A stretch of DNA of 24,000 nucleotides from Altericista sp. CCNU0014 (GCF_044923475.1 NZ_CP137338.1:4151404-4175403), one strand, 5' to 3'; shown: positions 8,440 to 18,605, numbered from the stretch's first letter. Made by a program: numbers and translations. The notes: generated by a model not told the origin, from the letters alone.

Positions 8440-8802
8440 ATGGAAACCACAAAATATCCTCCCAAAAAGATCGCTCCCATCCAGTATCTGCTGAGAAAAC
8501 TAAATTCTAATACTGGCATGGTGGTTCGGGGTTGGGGTACAGCCCCCGTCATGGTTGTTTTAATGCTGCTATTTTTCTTGTTTTTACTCATTATTTTTGA
8601 AATTGCTAATTCATCCATTCTGCTGGAGGGCATTAACATCGATTGGTCAGTCCTCGATCGATACAGTGGCACACCCGCAACCCAAAACCCGTCTTTTGCG
8701 ACGACGGGAATTGGAATCTTTTTGGGGCTACTGGCATTTGGACTATGTTGCGCTGCGTTCATCGTCTACGGATACCTAACCTATCCAGACGACGCCAAAT
8801 AG
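8440..8802 (+). CDS. psbH2: Photosystem II PsbH, far-red paralog, with a roughly 50-aa C-terminal extension carrying a predicted second TM helix (120 aa total)
   Basis: Residues 13-69 ([56 protein letters not shown]) are collinear with canonical PsbH of about 64-67 aa. The reading frame stays open to 8802 and encodes [30 protein letters not shown] lies 6 nt before the ATG. Confidence 0.85.
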   Translation: METTKYPPKKIAPIQYLLRKLNSNTGMVVRGWGTAPVMVVLMLLFFLFLLIIFEIANSSILLEGINIDWSVLDRYSGTPATQNPSFATTGIGIFLGLLAFGLCCAAFIVYGYLTYPDDAK

Positions 8803-8822
8803 TGCCATTATCATTCTATTAG

Positions 8823-11432
8823 GTGCAGGTCATGACGCAGCGCTTAATTAACATGCAGTCTGATGATGCTAGGCCAAAGCCGTTCGATTCCTTTGCACCT
8901 TTTCCCCAAGGGCAATTAGATTCGTTTGCGCTGTTGCTGCACCGAATGATCGATCGCATTCGGCAGTCTTTAGAACTTCCAGAAATTCTAACTGCCACGG
9001 CGGCAGAGGTACGAGATTTTCTGCAAACAGATCGCGTGATGGTGTATCAGTTTCATGCCGATGGGAGTGGGGAGGTGGTGGCGGAGTCTATTCAAGACCG
9101 GAAACTGCCTTCGCTCTTGAGGCACAATTTCCCCGCAGAAGATATTCCGGCTGAAGCGCGATCGCTATTTCTGAGCGCCCGTCAGCGATCGATTGTGGAT
9201 GTTGAAGCGCAAGAAATCGGCGTGAGCCCCTTAGACAGTGGATCGGTTGGAAAAGCATTGAGGTGCGATATTCGGTTTCGTCCGGTCGATCCCTGTCACG
9301 TTGAATATTTAACGGCAATGGGAGTACGGTCATCCTTGGTCGTGCCAATTTTGGTCCAAAACCGCCTGTGGGGGCTGCTGGTATCTCACCACAGTAAACC
9401 GCTCCGCATTACAGAGCATTCACTTCAAGTAGTTCAGCTGGTTGCCGATCAGGTCTCTATTGCGATTTCCCAATCTGACCTCCTCCTCCAAACTCGCTTA
9501 CGTGCCATTCAAGAAGCCACCGTCAATCGAGTTACGATGTTGCTCCACGCCACGCCAGAGATGCAATTTCAAGCTGCCTTAGAACAAACGATTGCGACCC
9601 TGCATGGGACGGGAGGCAGGCTTTATATTGCTGCGCCGAATGCCCATCAAGTACCGCAGCTCTTTACCTACGGCAGTCAGCCAGCAATGACAGATTGCAG
9701 CAACGGAGTTGAACGTATTGAGCAGCATCTCCACTGGCAAACATGGCTGGCGATGGAAGACGCCGTTGTTAAAGAGGCTGGGATTTGGGCGATTGCCGAT
9801 CTATACCAATCTGTCATGCCCTCCGATCTCGCGATGGCTTTTCTAGAAACACCTGTAAGAGGGCTGCTAACGGTGCACCTCTGCTATCGCAAACTCACCT
9901 TAGGTTACCTCAGTATTTTTCGACGTGAAATCGACCTAGAACGCATTTGGGCCGGACAAATCGATCCAGACGATCCGCGTCAACAGCGGCCTCGTCTGTC
10001 ATTTGAAACCTGGCGAGAGCAAAAAAAAGGTCAGGCACAGCCATGGACTGCCGCAGACATCGATCTAGCCAAGGAATTAGGAGAGCATTTCGCTGGTGCG
10101 ATCTATCAAGGCGAGCTGTACAAGCAAGTTCACGCCCTCAATGCCAATCTCAAGCTAGATATTCAAAAGCGCAGGCAGGCAGAACAAGAGATTGTTGCCC
10201 TTAATACAGAACTTGAAAGCCGCGTACTAGAGCGTACCGCCCAGCTTCAGCAGGCCAATGAAGATCTTGTGAAAGAAATTAAGGAACGGGAGCGGATTTG
10301 GGTAGCGCACCAGCAAGCAGAAGCCTCCCTAGAGCGTCTCAGTCGTCACAATCAACTCATTTTAAATTCTGCAGGCGAAGGGATTTACGGTCTGAATCTC
10401 CAGGGCAAAATTACCTTTGCCAACCCCGCAGCGGCCAGAATTTTAGGCTACGAAGTCAATCAGCTGATCGGGCAGTGGATGCACACTCTGCTGCATCACT
10501 CCCAGCCCGATGGTAATCTGTATCTTCTCCCAGAAAACCCGATTTATGCCACCCTACGGGAGGGCAAACTTCAGCAAATAACAGGCGATCTATTTCGCTG
10601 TCGAGATGGATCGATGATTCCCGTAGAGTATGTTAGCAGCCCAATTCGGGAACGAAACAAAATTGCGGGAGCTGTCGTTTTGTTCAAAGACATCACAGAA
10701 CGACAACTGATAGAAAAAATTAAAGATCAGTTTGTTTCCATTGTCAGTCACGAACTCCGTACCCCACTCACTTCCATCCGCAGTACCTTAGGGCTACTCT
10801 CTAGCGGCTGGCTCAAAAGCCACCCCGAAAAAAGCCAGCGCATGCTGGACATCGCGTTTTCCAATACCAATCGCCTGGTGCGACTCATTGGGGACATCCT
10901 GGATATTGAGCGCATGAAGTTTGGCAAGGTTGCGATGGAGAAAACGCACTGCAATGTTGCTGAGGTGATGATTCAGTCTGCAGATGCGATGCGGGCTATG
11001 GCCCATAAGGCTGACATTACGCTGCTGGTGGAGCCAGTAACGGCCAATCTCTGGGCTGACTCCGATCGCATTATTCAAACGCTGACGAATTTACTGAATA
11101 ACGCCATCAAATTTTCGCCGCCCAATACCACCGTCCGGCTGAAAGCGGAATTGCAAACCCACTCCCAAAGGCCTCAGCGTTGCCGAACCCCCTACCTTTT
11201 GTTTCAAGTCATTGATGAGGGTATTGGCATCCCAGAAGACAAACTGGAATCCATTTTCGATCGATTTCAGCAGGTAGATGTCTCAAACGCCCGCAGCCAA
11301 GGCGGAACGGGACTAGGCTTAACCATTTGCCGAGAGATTGTGGAGCAACACGACGGTCAAATTTGGGTTGAAAGTCAGCTCGGTCGAGGCAGTACATTTT
11401 ATTTCACACTACCGGTGAGCGATCGTGATTAA
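8823..11432 (+). CDS. rfpA: Knotless phytochrome histidine kinase RfpA (GAF-PHY-coiled coil-PAS-HisKA-HATPase), 869 aa; GTG start at 8823 or ATG at 8832
   Basis: Bilin-binding GAF motif RPVDPCHVEYLTAMGVRSSLVVPI. PHY tongue PRLSFETWRE. PAS region around NSAGEGIYGLN. H-box SHELRTPL, N-box LLNNAIKFSP, G-boxes DEGIGIP and GGTGLGL. No N-terminal PAS domain precedes the GAF domain. Located within a FaRLiP cluster. Confidence 0.9.
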   Translation: MQVMTQRLINMQSDDARPKPFDSFAPFPQGQLDSFALLLHRMIDRIRQSLELPEILTATAAEVRDFLQTDRVMVYQFHADGSGEVVAESIQDRKLPSLLRHNFPAEDIPAEARSLFLSARQRSIVDVEAQEIGVSPLDSGSVGKALRCDIRFRPVDPCHVEYLTAMGVRSSLVVPILVQNRLWGLLVSHHSKPLRITEHSLQVVQLVADQVSIAISQSDLLLQTRLRAIQEATVNRVTMLLHATPEMQFQAALEQTIATLHGTGGRLYIAAPNAHQVPQLFTYGSQPAMTDCSNGVERIEQHLHWQTWLAMEDAVVKEAGIWAIADLYQSVMPSDLAMAFLETPVRGLLTVHLCYRKLTLGYLSIFRREIDLERIWAGQIDPDDPRQQRPRLSFETWREQKKGQAQPWTAADIDLAKELGEHFAGAIYQGELYKQVHALNANLKLDIQKRRQAEQEIVALNTELESRVLERTAQLQQANEDLVKEIKERERIWVAHQQAEASLERLSRHNQLILNSAGEGIYGLNLQGKITFANPAAARILGYEVNQLIGQWMHTLLHHSQPDGNLYLLPENPIYATLREGKLQQITGDLFRCRDGSMIPVEYVSSPIRERNKIAGAVVLFKDITERQLIEKIKDQFVSIVSHELRTPLTSIRSTLGLLSSGWLKSHPEKSQRMLDIAFSNTNRLVRLIGDILDIERMKFGKVAMEKTHCNVAEVMIQSADAMRAMAHKADITLLVEPVTANLWADSDRIIQTLTNLLNNAIKFSPPNTTVRLKAELQTHSQRPQRCRTPYLLFQVIDEGIGIPEDKLESIFDRFQQVDVSNARSQGGTGLGLTICREIVEQHDGQIWVESQLGRGSTFYFTLPVSDRD

Positions 11433-11793
11433 GCATATTCTCATCATTGACGATGAACCGGATATCCGAGAGGCAACCCAGGTTTGTCTGGAAGTTTCTA
11501 AGGGATGGAGTGTCACAACTGCCAATTCTAGCAAAGAAGGTCTGGCAATGGCAGCATCCGAACAGCCTGATGCAATTCTTTTGGATGTGATGATGCCGGA
11601 CGTGGATGGATTGGCGACGTTTGAGCTGATGCGAGCCAATCCTGAAACGCAACATATTCCAGTCATTTTACTCACAGCAAAAGCTCAACCCGACGATCGT
11701 CGCCGCTTTATGGAGCTTGAAATTACGGCAGTGATCACTAAACCCTACGATCCGTTAACTTTAGCCGATCAAATCGAAAAAATCTTAAGTTAA
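11425..11793 (+). CDS. rfpC: Single-domain CheY-like response regulator RfpC, 122 aa, GTG start overlapping the rfpA stop by 8 nt
   Basis: ILIIDDEPD, LLDVMMPDVDG and ITKP receiver motifs with no output domain. Immediately downstream of and overlapping rfpA. Confidence 0.85.
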   Translation: MIKHILIIDDEPDIREATQVCLEVSKGWSVTTANSSKEGLAMAASEQPDAILLDVMMPDVDGLATFELMRANPETQHIPVILLTAKAQPDDRRRFMELEITAVITKPYDPLTLADQIEKILS

Positions 11794-11937
11794 TCCCTAA
11801 TGAATACCTAGGGGTGCAAGTGCATACGCAGTTTGTTTACCCAAGTGTGTACTTTTCTGAACGACGGCGGTGTCTTTAGAAGTTCTTTATTTTTTTTGTT
11901 TATTGTCCAGAGAATAGATAACTCAGTCTCTATAGCG

Positions 11938-11989
11938 ATTAACCCGTCACAACCGATCTTGCAATCTCTGCGACGGGTTAATCTATACT
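11938..11989 (+). promoter_or_regulatory. Candidate chlF promoter/operator: perfect 11-bp inverted repeat bracketing a -35-like TTGCAA, followed by a -10-like TATACT
   Basis: ATTAACCCGTC (11938-11948) and GACGGGTTAAT (11972-11982). TTGCAA at 11959-11964, TATACT at 11984-11989. AAGGAG at 11998-12003 precedes the ATG at 12015/12018. Confidence 0.4.
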
Positions 11990-12014
11990 TTGCAAGAAAG
12001 GAGCTATACCTTTT

Positions 12015-13157
12015 ATGATGACCCAATTCGATCGGGCGATGTTCGATCAGGCGATCGCCAGCGATCAAATTTGCACCGATCGAGTCTCTACAAGGAATGC
12101 TTTAATTCAGCGTCAGAATCCCCTATCTTGGGAGCGATTTTGCCAATGGGTAACCAGTACCGAAAACCGCTTTTATCTAGGGTGGTTTGGGGTGCTGATG
12201 ATACCCACACTCTCTACAGCAGCGATTGTTTTCGTCATTGCCTTTATTGCTGCCCCTGCGGTAGATATCAACGGCATTGGCACTCACCTGTCTGGATCTT
12301 TATGGGATGGAAATAGCCTTTTAACCGCTGCGGTGGTTCCCACATCGGCTGCAATTGGACTACATTTTTATCCCATTTGGGATGCGGGTTCTGTCCAAGA
12401 GTGGTTGATCAATGGCGGCCCTTATCAGCTCATCGTGCTGCACTTTGCAATTGGCATCATCTGCTACCAAGATCGAGAGTGGGAGCTGTCCTACCGTTTG
12501 GGCATGCGTCCTTGGATTTCCATGACCTTCACTGCGCCCGTTGCTGCAGCGTTATCCGTTTTAATTATTTACCCGATCGGTCAGGGTGGATTTGCGGAAG
12601 GGATGCCCCTCGGAATTTCCGGTACTTTCCACTTTATGTTTGTGTTTCAGGCAGAACACAACATTCTTATGAGTCCCTTTCACCAGTTGGGGGTTATAGG
12701 GGTCTTTGGGGGCGCTTTTCTTTGTTCTGTACATGGGTCTTTAGTGACTTCAACACTATTTAAAAAGACAAAGCCCCACGAACCGATTAATGCCGGATAT
12801 AAACTGGGTCAAAAAGAAGAAACTTATAGTTTTAAGGCCACTCAGCGCTATCAACAGAAACTCTTTTGGAAAGGTCTGTTTTTTCCTAGCTCGCGCTCAG
12901 TTCATTTTCTGCTGGCGGCATTGCCCGTGGCAGGCATCTGGTCAGCAGCGCTAGGGGTTGATATTGCGGCCTTTAACTTTGAAAAACTGACCTTTGACCC
13001 GCCTGTCGTCATTGACAATCCATCAGGCACTATTCCCACGTGGGCCAATGCTGTCCGTAGCGCTAACGCAGGGCTGGCAATGGCGAGCGGACGGGATGGC
13101 AACCCCTTTCCGCAAATGTTGGAGTTCAGCGATGAACCCGTAAGGGTTACGCGCTAA
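12015..13157 (+). CDS. chlF: Chlorophyll f synthase (super-rogue D1, PsbA4), 380 aa
   Basis: D1 fold ([15 protein letters not shown]...[13 protein letters not shown]...). It has CYQDREWEL where D1 has CYMGREWEL. D170 is replaced by E (GFAEGMPLG). The C-terminal Mn-ligand block EVMHERNAHNFPLDLA is replaced by [18 protein letters not shown]. There is an N-terminal extension of about 20 aa. Confidence 0.9.
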   Translation: MMTQFDRAMFDQAIASDQICTDRVSTRNALIQRQNPLSWERFCQWVTSTENRFYLGWFGVLMIPTLSTAAIVFVIAFIAAPAVDINGIGTHLSGSLWDGNSLLTAAVVPTSAAIGLHFYPIWDAGSVQEWLINGGPYQLIVLHFAIGIICYQDREWELSYRLGMRPWISMTFTAPVAAALSVLIIYPIGQGGFAEGMPLGISGTFHFMFVFQAEHNILMSPFHQLGVIGVFGGAFLCSVHGSLVTSTLFKKTKPHEPINAGYKLGQKEETYSFKATQRYQQKLFWKGLFFPSSRSVHFLLAALPVAGIWSAALGVDIAAFNFEKLTFDPPVVIDNPSGTIPTWANAVRSANAGLAMASGRDGNPFPQMLEFSDEPVRVTR

Positions 13158-13180
13158 CCCAAAGATTTACCCAAAGATTT
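13157..13180. repeat. Perfect tandem duplication of a 12-mer, ACCCAAAGATTT x2, abutting the chlF stop codon
   Basis: Copies at 13157-13168 and 13169-13180 are identical and adjacent. Confidence 0.9.
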
Positions 13181-13234
13181 TTTATTCACCTAGACCGTAT
13201 ATCTCTCATACCTAAAAAAAGAGGAGAGTCTCCC

Positions 13235-15580
13235 ATGACAAAAAGTCCTCCAGAGCAGAGGGCGAGGGTCACTGTCGATCGAAGTCCAGTCCCCACTTCT
13301 TTTGAGAAATGGGCATTGCCGGGACACTTTGACCGATTGCTGGCGAAGGGCCCTAAAACCACCACCTGGATTTGGAACCTCCACGCCAATGCCCACGATT
13401 TCGATACCCATACCAGCGATTTACAGGACATTTCTCGCAAGATTTTTTCAGCTCACTTTGGGCATCTTGCGGTAGTCTTTATTTGGCTGAGCGGCATGTA
13501 CTTCCACGGCGCTCGCTTTTCGAATTATTCGTCTTGGATGGCGGATCCGATCCATATTAAGCCCAGCGCTCAGGTAGTTTGGCCCATTGTGGGGCAAGAT
13601 ATCCTGAATGGCGATATGGGCGGTGGTTTCCATGGCATTCAGATTACGTCTGGTTTATTCCAGATGTGGCGGGCCGCAGGTATAACCAATGAGTATCAGC
13701 TTTACTGCACGGCCATTGGTGGCTTGGTGATGGCAGCTTTGATGCTGTTTGCTGGCTGGTTTCACTACCATATCAGCGCGCCCAAGCTAGAGTGGTTCCG
13801 CAATTGGGAATCCATGATGAATCACCACCTGGCTGGGCTGCTAGGCTGCGGTTCCCTCGGCTGGGCGGGACACCAGATCCATGTGGCACTTCCCACCAAC
13901 GAACTGTTGGATCGAGGGGTTGCCCTGAAGGATATTCCATTACCCCACGAGTTCATTCTGAATAAGGCGCTGATGCCGGAAATATATCCGAGCTTTGCGC
14001 AGGGATTAACGCCGTTCTTTACGCTGAATTGGGGCGCTTACGCCGATTTCTTGACCTTCAAGGGGGGATTGAACCCAGTCACGGGTGGGCTTTGGCTCAC
14101 GGATACGGCCCACCATCACTTGGCGATCGCCGTAATTTTCATTATTGCGGGGCACTTCTACCGTACCAACTGGGGTATTGGTCACGACTTCAAGGAAATG
14201 CTGGAAGATGCCAGAGCACCCAAAATGCTCCCATTCCTGAACTTTATTGGCCCCGTAGGACATGGTGGTTTGGAGAAGATTTTTGAAACCTCCTGGCACG
14301 CCAATCTATCCATTCACTTGGTGCAGTTTGGCACGGCCAGTCTGCTGGTGGCCCACCATATGTATGCGATGCCACCCTATCCTTATCTGGCGACAGACTA
14401 CGCCACAGTCACGTCCTTATTTACCCATCACGTCTGGATTGCAGGCTTCTGTATTGTGGGGGGTGCGGCCCACGCCGCTATCTTCATGGTGCGGGACTAC
14501 AACCCAGCAGATCACGTCAACAATATTCTAGATCGCACCATTCGGCACCGAGATGCCATTATTTCCCACTTGGCTTGGGTCTGTCAGTTCTTGGGCTTCC
14601 ATAGCTTTGCGATGTACTGCCACAACGACACCATGCGAGCTTTTGGGCGACCTCAGGATATGTTTTCCGATACGGGTATTCAGCTTCAGCCCATTTTCGC
14701 CCAGTGGATTCAGCATATTCAGACCGCTGCAGTGGGGGCGACTCAAGCGGCTCAACCCTTGGGCGATGTCTTTGGCGGGTTGCGCAATATCGAACTTGGG
14801 GGATTAGGGATGACGGCTCCGGGGCTGAGCGCGCCCGTCAGTTATGCCTGGGGGGGTGGTATTGTTGCTGTCGGTGGAAAGATTGCTATGATGCCCATTC
14901 CGTTGGGAACGGCGGACTTTCTGATTCACCATATTCATGCCTTTACCATCCACGTCACCGTTTTGGTGCTCCTGAAGGGAGTCTTGTACGCCCGCAGTTC
15001 TCGGTTAATTCCAGACAAGGGCAGTCTGGGTTTCCGATTCCCCTGCGATGGGCCGGGACGGGGCGGGACTTGCCAGGTATCCTCCTGGGATCATGTCTTC
15101 TTGGGGCTGTTCTGGATGTATAACTCCCTATCGATGGTAATCTTCCACTTCTTTTGGAAAATGCAGTCGGATGTGTGGGGCACGCTCAATCCAGATGGCA
15201 CCATTACTCACATTACGGGCGGTAACTTTGCCCTGAGTTCAATTACCAATAACGGTTGGCTGCGAGACTTTTTGTGGGTGCAGTCAAGTCAGACGATCTT
15301 CTCCTACGGTTCTTCCGGTTCGGCCTACGGCCTGCTGTTCCTAGGCGGACACTTTGTGTTTGGATTCAGCCTGATGTTCTTATTTAGCGGTCGGGGCTAT
15401 TGGCAAGAGCTGATCGAGTCCATTCTTTGGGCCCATAACAAGCTGGGCATTACGCCCGCAATTCAGCCCCGCGCCCTCAGCATCATTCAAGGTCGAGCAG
15501 TGGGAGTAGCGCACTACCTCCTCGGCGGAATTGTTACAACTTGGGCATTCTTCCTAGGACGCATGGCCTCCATTGGGTAG
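13235..15580 (+). CDS. psaA2: Photosystem I P700 apoprotein A1, far-red paralog, 781 aa
   Basis: [35 protein letters not shown]..., Fx-binding [16 protein letters not shown]-terminal [28 protein letters not shown] at 13221-13226 precedes the ATG. Confidence 0.95.
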   Translation: MTKSPPEQRARVTVDRSPVPTSFEKWALPGHFDRLLAKGPKTTTWIWNLHANAHDFDTHTSDLQDISRKIFSAHFGHLAVVFIWLSGMYFHGARFSNYSSWMADPIHIKPSAQVVWPIVGQDILNGDMGGGFHGIQITSGLFQMWRAAGITNEYQLYCTAIGGLVMAALMLFAGWFHYHISAPKLEWFRNWESMMNHHLAGLLGCGSLGWAGHQIHVALPTNELLDRGVALKDIPLPHEFILNKALMPEIYPSFAQGLTPFFTLNWGAYADFLTFKGGLNPVTGGLWLTDTAHHHLAIAVIFIIAGHFYRTNWGIGHDFKEMLEDARAPKMLPFLNFIGPVGHGGLEKIFETSWHANLSIHLVQFGTASLLVAHHMYAMPPYPYLATDYATVTSLFTHHVWIAGFCIVGGAAHAAIFMVRDYNPADHVNNILDRTIRHRDAIISHLAWVCQFLGFHSFAMYCHNDTMRAFGRPQDMFSDTGIQLQPIFAQWIQHIQTAAVGATQAAQPLGDVFGGLRNIELGGLGMTAPGLSAPVSYAWGGGIVAVGGKIAMMPIPLGTADFLIHHIHAFTIHVTVLVLLKGVLYARSSRLIPDKGSLGFRFPCDGPGRGGTCQVSSWDHVFLGLFWMYNSLSMVIFHFFWKMQSDVWGTLNPDGTITHITGGNFALSSITNNGWLRDFLWVQSSQTIFSYGSSGSAYGLLFLGGHFVFGFSLMFLFSGRGYWQELIESILWAHNKLGITPAIQPRALSIIQGRAVGVAHYLLGGIVTTWAFFLGRMASIG

Positions 15581-15651
15581 GGGGCGATAGGGAATCGTCT
15601 TGATTCTCCATCGCCCATTTTCACTAAGTTCACCACAACTGATTGAAAACT

Positions 15652-17886
15652 ATGGCGACAACAAAATTTCCTAAGTTCAGCCAGGATTTGCAGCAAGACC
15701 CGACCACGCGGCGGCTCTTCTATGCGATCGCCACTGCCCACGACTTTGAAAGCCATGACGGCATGACCGAGGAAAACCTTTACCAAAAGATTTTTTCCTC
15801 TCACTTTGGTCATCTCGCCATTATCTTTCTGTGGGCATCGGGTTTGCTGTTCCACGTAGCCTGGCAAGGTAACTTCGAGCAATGGATTCAAGATCCGTTG
15901 AATATCCGTCCAATTGCCCATGCCGTCTGGGATGCCCAGTTCGGGCCAGGGGCAATTCAGGCTTATACCCAATCTACTGCCCATAACCCGGTAGATATCT
16001 GCTACTCCGGTGTCTATCACTGGTGGTACACCATTGGCTTGCGCACAAATAACGAACTGTTTGTCGGGGCGCTCTTTTTGCTCCTGCTCGCTTCGGTTTG
16101 TCTCTATGCAGGTCGGTTACACCTTCAGCCTAAATTTCGACCAACCCTAAGCTGGTTCAAAAACGCAGAATCGCGGCTGAACCATCACTTGGCTGGGCTG
16201 TTTGGCGTCAGCTCTCTGGCATGGGCAGGGCACCTCATCCACGTTGCGATTCCCGAATCTCGCGGGCGGCATGTGGGCTGGGATAACTTCCTGCAATCGC
16301 CCCCCCATCCTGCGGGTTTGGTGCCGTTTTTTACAGGCAACTGGGGCGTTTACGCTCAAAACCCTGATGCGCCAACGCATCTTTTTAACACTTCCCAAGG
16401 AGCAGGCACCTCAATTCTAACGTTTTTGGGGGGCTTCCACCCTCAAACGCAATCCCTGTGGCTGACGGACATGGCCCATCACCATCTGGCGATCGCCGTT
16501 CTGTTCATCGTAGCGGGACACATGTACCGTACCAACTGGGGGATTGGGCACAACATTAAAGAAATGCTGGAAGCCCTGCAAGGCCCAGGGCCTAAAGGGT
16601 TCTTCATTGCCCCCAACACCGGGCGCGGCCATCAGGGAATTTACGACACCTACAACGAGTCGCTGCACTTCCAGTTGGGCTGGCACCTTGCTGCTTTAGG
16701 CGTCATCACCTCTTTGGTGGCACAGCATATGTACGCGATGCCGCCCTATGCCTTTATCTCTAAAGACTTCACCACAATGTCGGCGCTGTATACCCACCAC
16801 CAGTACATTGCGGGATTTTTGATGGTGGGAGCCTTTGCCCATGGTGCCATTTTTATGGTTCGAGACTACGATCCTGTGAGCAATCAGGACAACGTTCTCG
16901 CTAGGGTGCTGGCCCATAAAGAAGCGATTATTTCCCATCTGAGCTGGGTGTCGATGTTCTTGGGTTTCCATACTTTGGGGATCTACGTCCACAACGACTG
17001 TGAGGTCGCCTTTGGCGCGCCGGAAAAGCAAATCTTAATTGAGCCCGTGTTTGCTCAATGGATCCAAGCGACCCACGGCAAAGCGCTCTACGGCATCAGT
17101 ACGCTGCTCTCCAATCCTGATAGTGTGGCCTCAACCGCATGGCCGAATCACGCCAATATCTGGTTGCCGGGCTGGCTGGATGCCATTAACTCCGGTACCA
17201 ACTCGCTATTTCTGACCATTGGTCCAGGAGATCTACTGGTGCACCATGCGATCGCCCTCGGACTCCATGTCACCACCCTAATTCTGGTCAAAAGCGCCTT
17301 GGATGCCAGAGGTTCCAAGTTGATGCCCGACAAAAAGGACTTCGGCTATGCTTTCCCTTGCGATGGGCCGGGTCGAGGCGGCACCTGCGATATTTCCGCC
17401 TGGGATGGGTTCTATCTCGCCATGTTTTGGATGCTCAACACCCTAGGCTGGATTACCTTCTACTGGCACTGGAAACACCTTGCCGTCTGGTCTGGCAACG
17501 TTGCCTCGTTTAACCAGGGTTCCACTTACCTGATGGGCTGGTTCCGAGACTACCTCTGGCAGTATTCCGGCCCCTTAGTGAATGGGTACAACCCCAACGG
17601 CACCAGTGGCTTAGCGGTGTGGGCTTGGATGTTCCTGTTCGGGCATTTGGCTTGGGCAGTGAGCTTCATGTTCCTGATTACTTGGCGAGGCTACTGGCAA
17701 GAACTCATCGAGACGCTGATGTGGGCTCATGAAAACACGCCGCTCTCCTTCGGCTATCCCAAAGACAAGCCCGTAGCGCTCTCCATCGTTCAGGCGCGAT
17801 TGGTAGGGCTAACCCATTTTACTGTGGGGTATGTCGCGACCTATGGAGCCTTCTTGATTGGGGCAACGGCCAGTAAGTTCGGTTGA
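15652..17886 (+). CDS. psaB2: Photosystem I P700 apoprotein A2, far-red paralog (ATG 15652 preferred over the track's TTG 15643)
   Basis: [48 protein letters not shown]..., [19 protein letters not shown]-terminal GATASKFG. Confidence 0.95.
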   Translation: MATTKFPKFSQDLQQDPTTRRLFYAIATAHDFESHDGMTEENLYQKIFSSHFGHLAIIFLWASGLLFHVAWQGNFEQWIQDPLNIRPIAHAVWDAQFGPGAIQAYTQSTAHNPVDICYSGVYHWWYTIGLRTNNELFVGALFLLLLASVCLYAGRLHLQPKFRPTLSWFKNAESRLNHHLAGLFGVSSLAWAGHLIHVAIPESRGRHVGWDNFLQSPPHPAGLVPFFTGNWGVYAQNPDAPTHLFNTSQGAGTSILTFLGGFHPQTQSLWLTDMAHHHLAIAVLFIVAGHMYRTNWGIGHNIKEMLEALQGPGPKGFFIAPNTGRGHQGIYDTYNESLHFQLGWHLAALGVITSLVAQHMYAMPPYAFISKDFTTMSALYTHHQYIAGFLMVGAFAHGAIFMVRDYDPVSNQDNVLARVLAHKEAIISHLSWVSMFLGFHTLGIYVHNDCEVAFGAPEKQILIEPVFAQWIQATHGKALYGISTLLSNPDSVASTAWPNHANIWLPGWLDAINSGTNSLFLTIGPGDLLVHHAIALGLHVTTLILVKSALDARGSKLMPDKKDFGYAFPCDGPGRGGTCDISAWDGFYLAMFWMLNTLGWITFYWHWKHLAVWSGNVASFNQGSTYLMGWFRDYLWQYSGPLVNGYNPNGTSGLAVWAWMFLFGHLAWAVSFMFLITWRGYWQELIETLMWAHENTPLSFGYPKDKPVALSIVQARLVGLTHFTVGYVATYGAFLIGATASKFG

Positions 17887-17896
17887 TTTTTGATAA

Positions 17897-17930
17897 GCAA
17901 AAGGAGCGTACTCTCCTACACTCCTTTTGC
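17897..17930 (+). other. Perfect 10-bp stem / 14-nt loop RNA hairpin 11 nt after the psaB2 stop; no T-tract, so more likely a processing or stability element than a terminator
   Basis: GCAAAAGGAG (17897-17906) pairs with CTCCTTTTGC (17921-17930). Confidence 0.4.
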
Positions 17931-18035
17931 CATTACAAGCTTGAGACACTACTCTCCTCTCGTCTCATGAAGTCCTGGTCTCTGGGCTAAGTGACCAGGG
18001 CTTTTCCCATCATTTTAATTCAGCAAGGTAAAAAA

Positions 18036-18605
18036 ATGACGGCAACTCACGAACTAGAACCGAGCGCGGTTGAGTACGAAGATACCTGGGTCAAGCCCTA
18101 TCGGGGCGATCCGTGGCTCGGCAATCTCTCTACGCCGATTAATAACTCGCCGCTCGTCAGAGCCTACATCCAAAATCTGCCAGCCTACCGCAAAGGGCTA
18201 CCCCCCTTTATGAGAGGTTTAGAAATTGGCATGGCCCACGGCTACTTTCTCGTTGGGCCAGAAGTCGTCGTCGGCCCGCTGCGAGAAACAGCCCACGGCG
18301 CTAACCTAAGCGGCCTCATCACGGCGATTTACATCACCGCCTCTGCCTGCTTAGGAATTTCTATTTTTGCTCTGGCAACCTTTCAGGGCAATCCCAGGGG
18401 TACCTATAACTCTCACTCCCAAGATGCCTTGAGGCCCCTCCGCAAAAAAGAAGACTGGTTTCAACTTTGTGGCGGTGTCTTTCTAGGATCGATGGGCGGG
18501 GCTATCTTTGCATTTTTGCTACTAGAAAACTTTAGCGATCTTGATGCCATTTTGCGTGGCGCAGTCAATATTAGCCAGAGCTTGCCAAGTTGGCTGTTTG
18601 GGTGA
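18036..18605 (+). CDS. psaL2: Photosystem I subunit XI (PsaL), far-red paralog; ATG 18036 preferred over upstream GTG 17991
   Basis: VKPYRGDPWLGNLSTPINNSPLVRAYIQNLPAYRKGLPPFMRGLEIGMAHGYFLVGP...FLLLENF is collinear with PsaL. Confidence 0.9.
   Translation: MTATHELEPSAVEYEDTWVKPYRGDPWLGNLSTPINNSPLVRAYIQNLPAYRKGLPPFMRGLEIGMAHGYFLVGPEVVVGPLRETAHGANLSGLITAIYITASACLGISIFALATFQGNPRGTYNSHSQDALRPLRKKEDWFQLCGGVFLGSMGGAIFAFLLLENFSDLDAILRGAVNISQSLPSWLFG

Noticed and set aside
8334-8762. 142-aa minus-strand ORF antisense to psbH2
   Set aside because: It is a shadow ORF opposite a clearly homologous PsbH coding frame. It runs into the MITE and resembles no protein I recognise.
15514-16020. 168-aa minus-strand ORF spanning the psaA2-psaB2 junction
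   Set aside because: It is antisense to two unambiguous photosystem I genes, with no recognisable motifs.
17974-17999. 7-bp stem (CCTGGTC/GACCAGG) followed by GCTTTTCCC upstream of psaL2, considered as a terminator
   Set aside because: The stem is short and the U-tract poor. It also lies within the likely psaL2 5' UTR of a co-directional operon.
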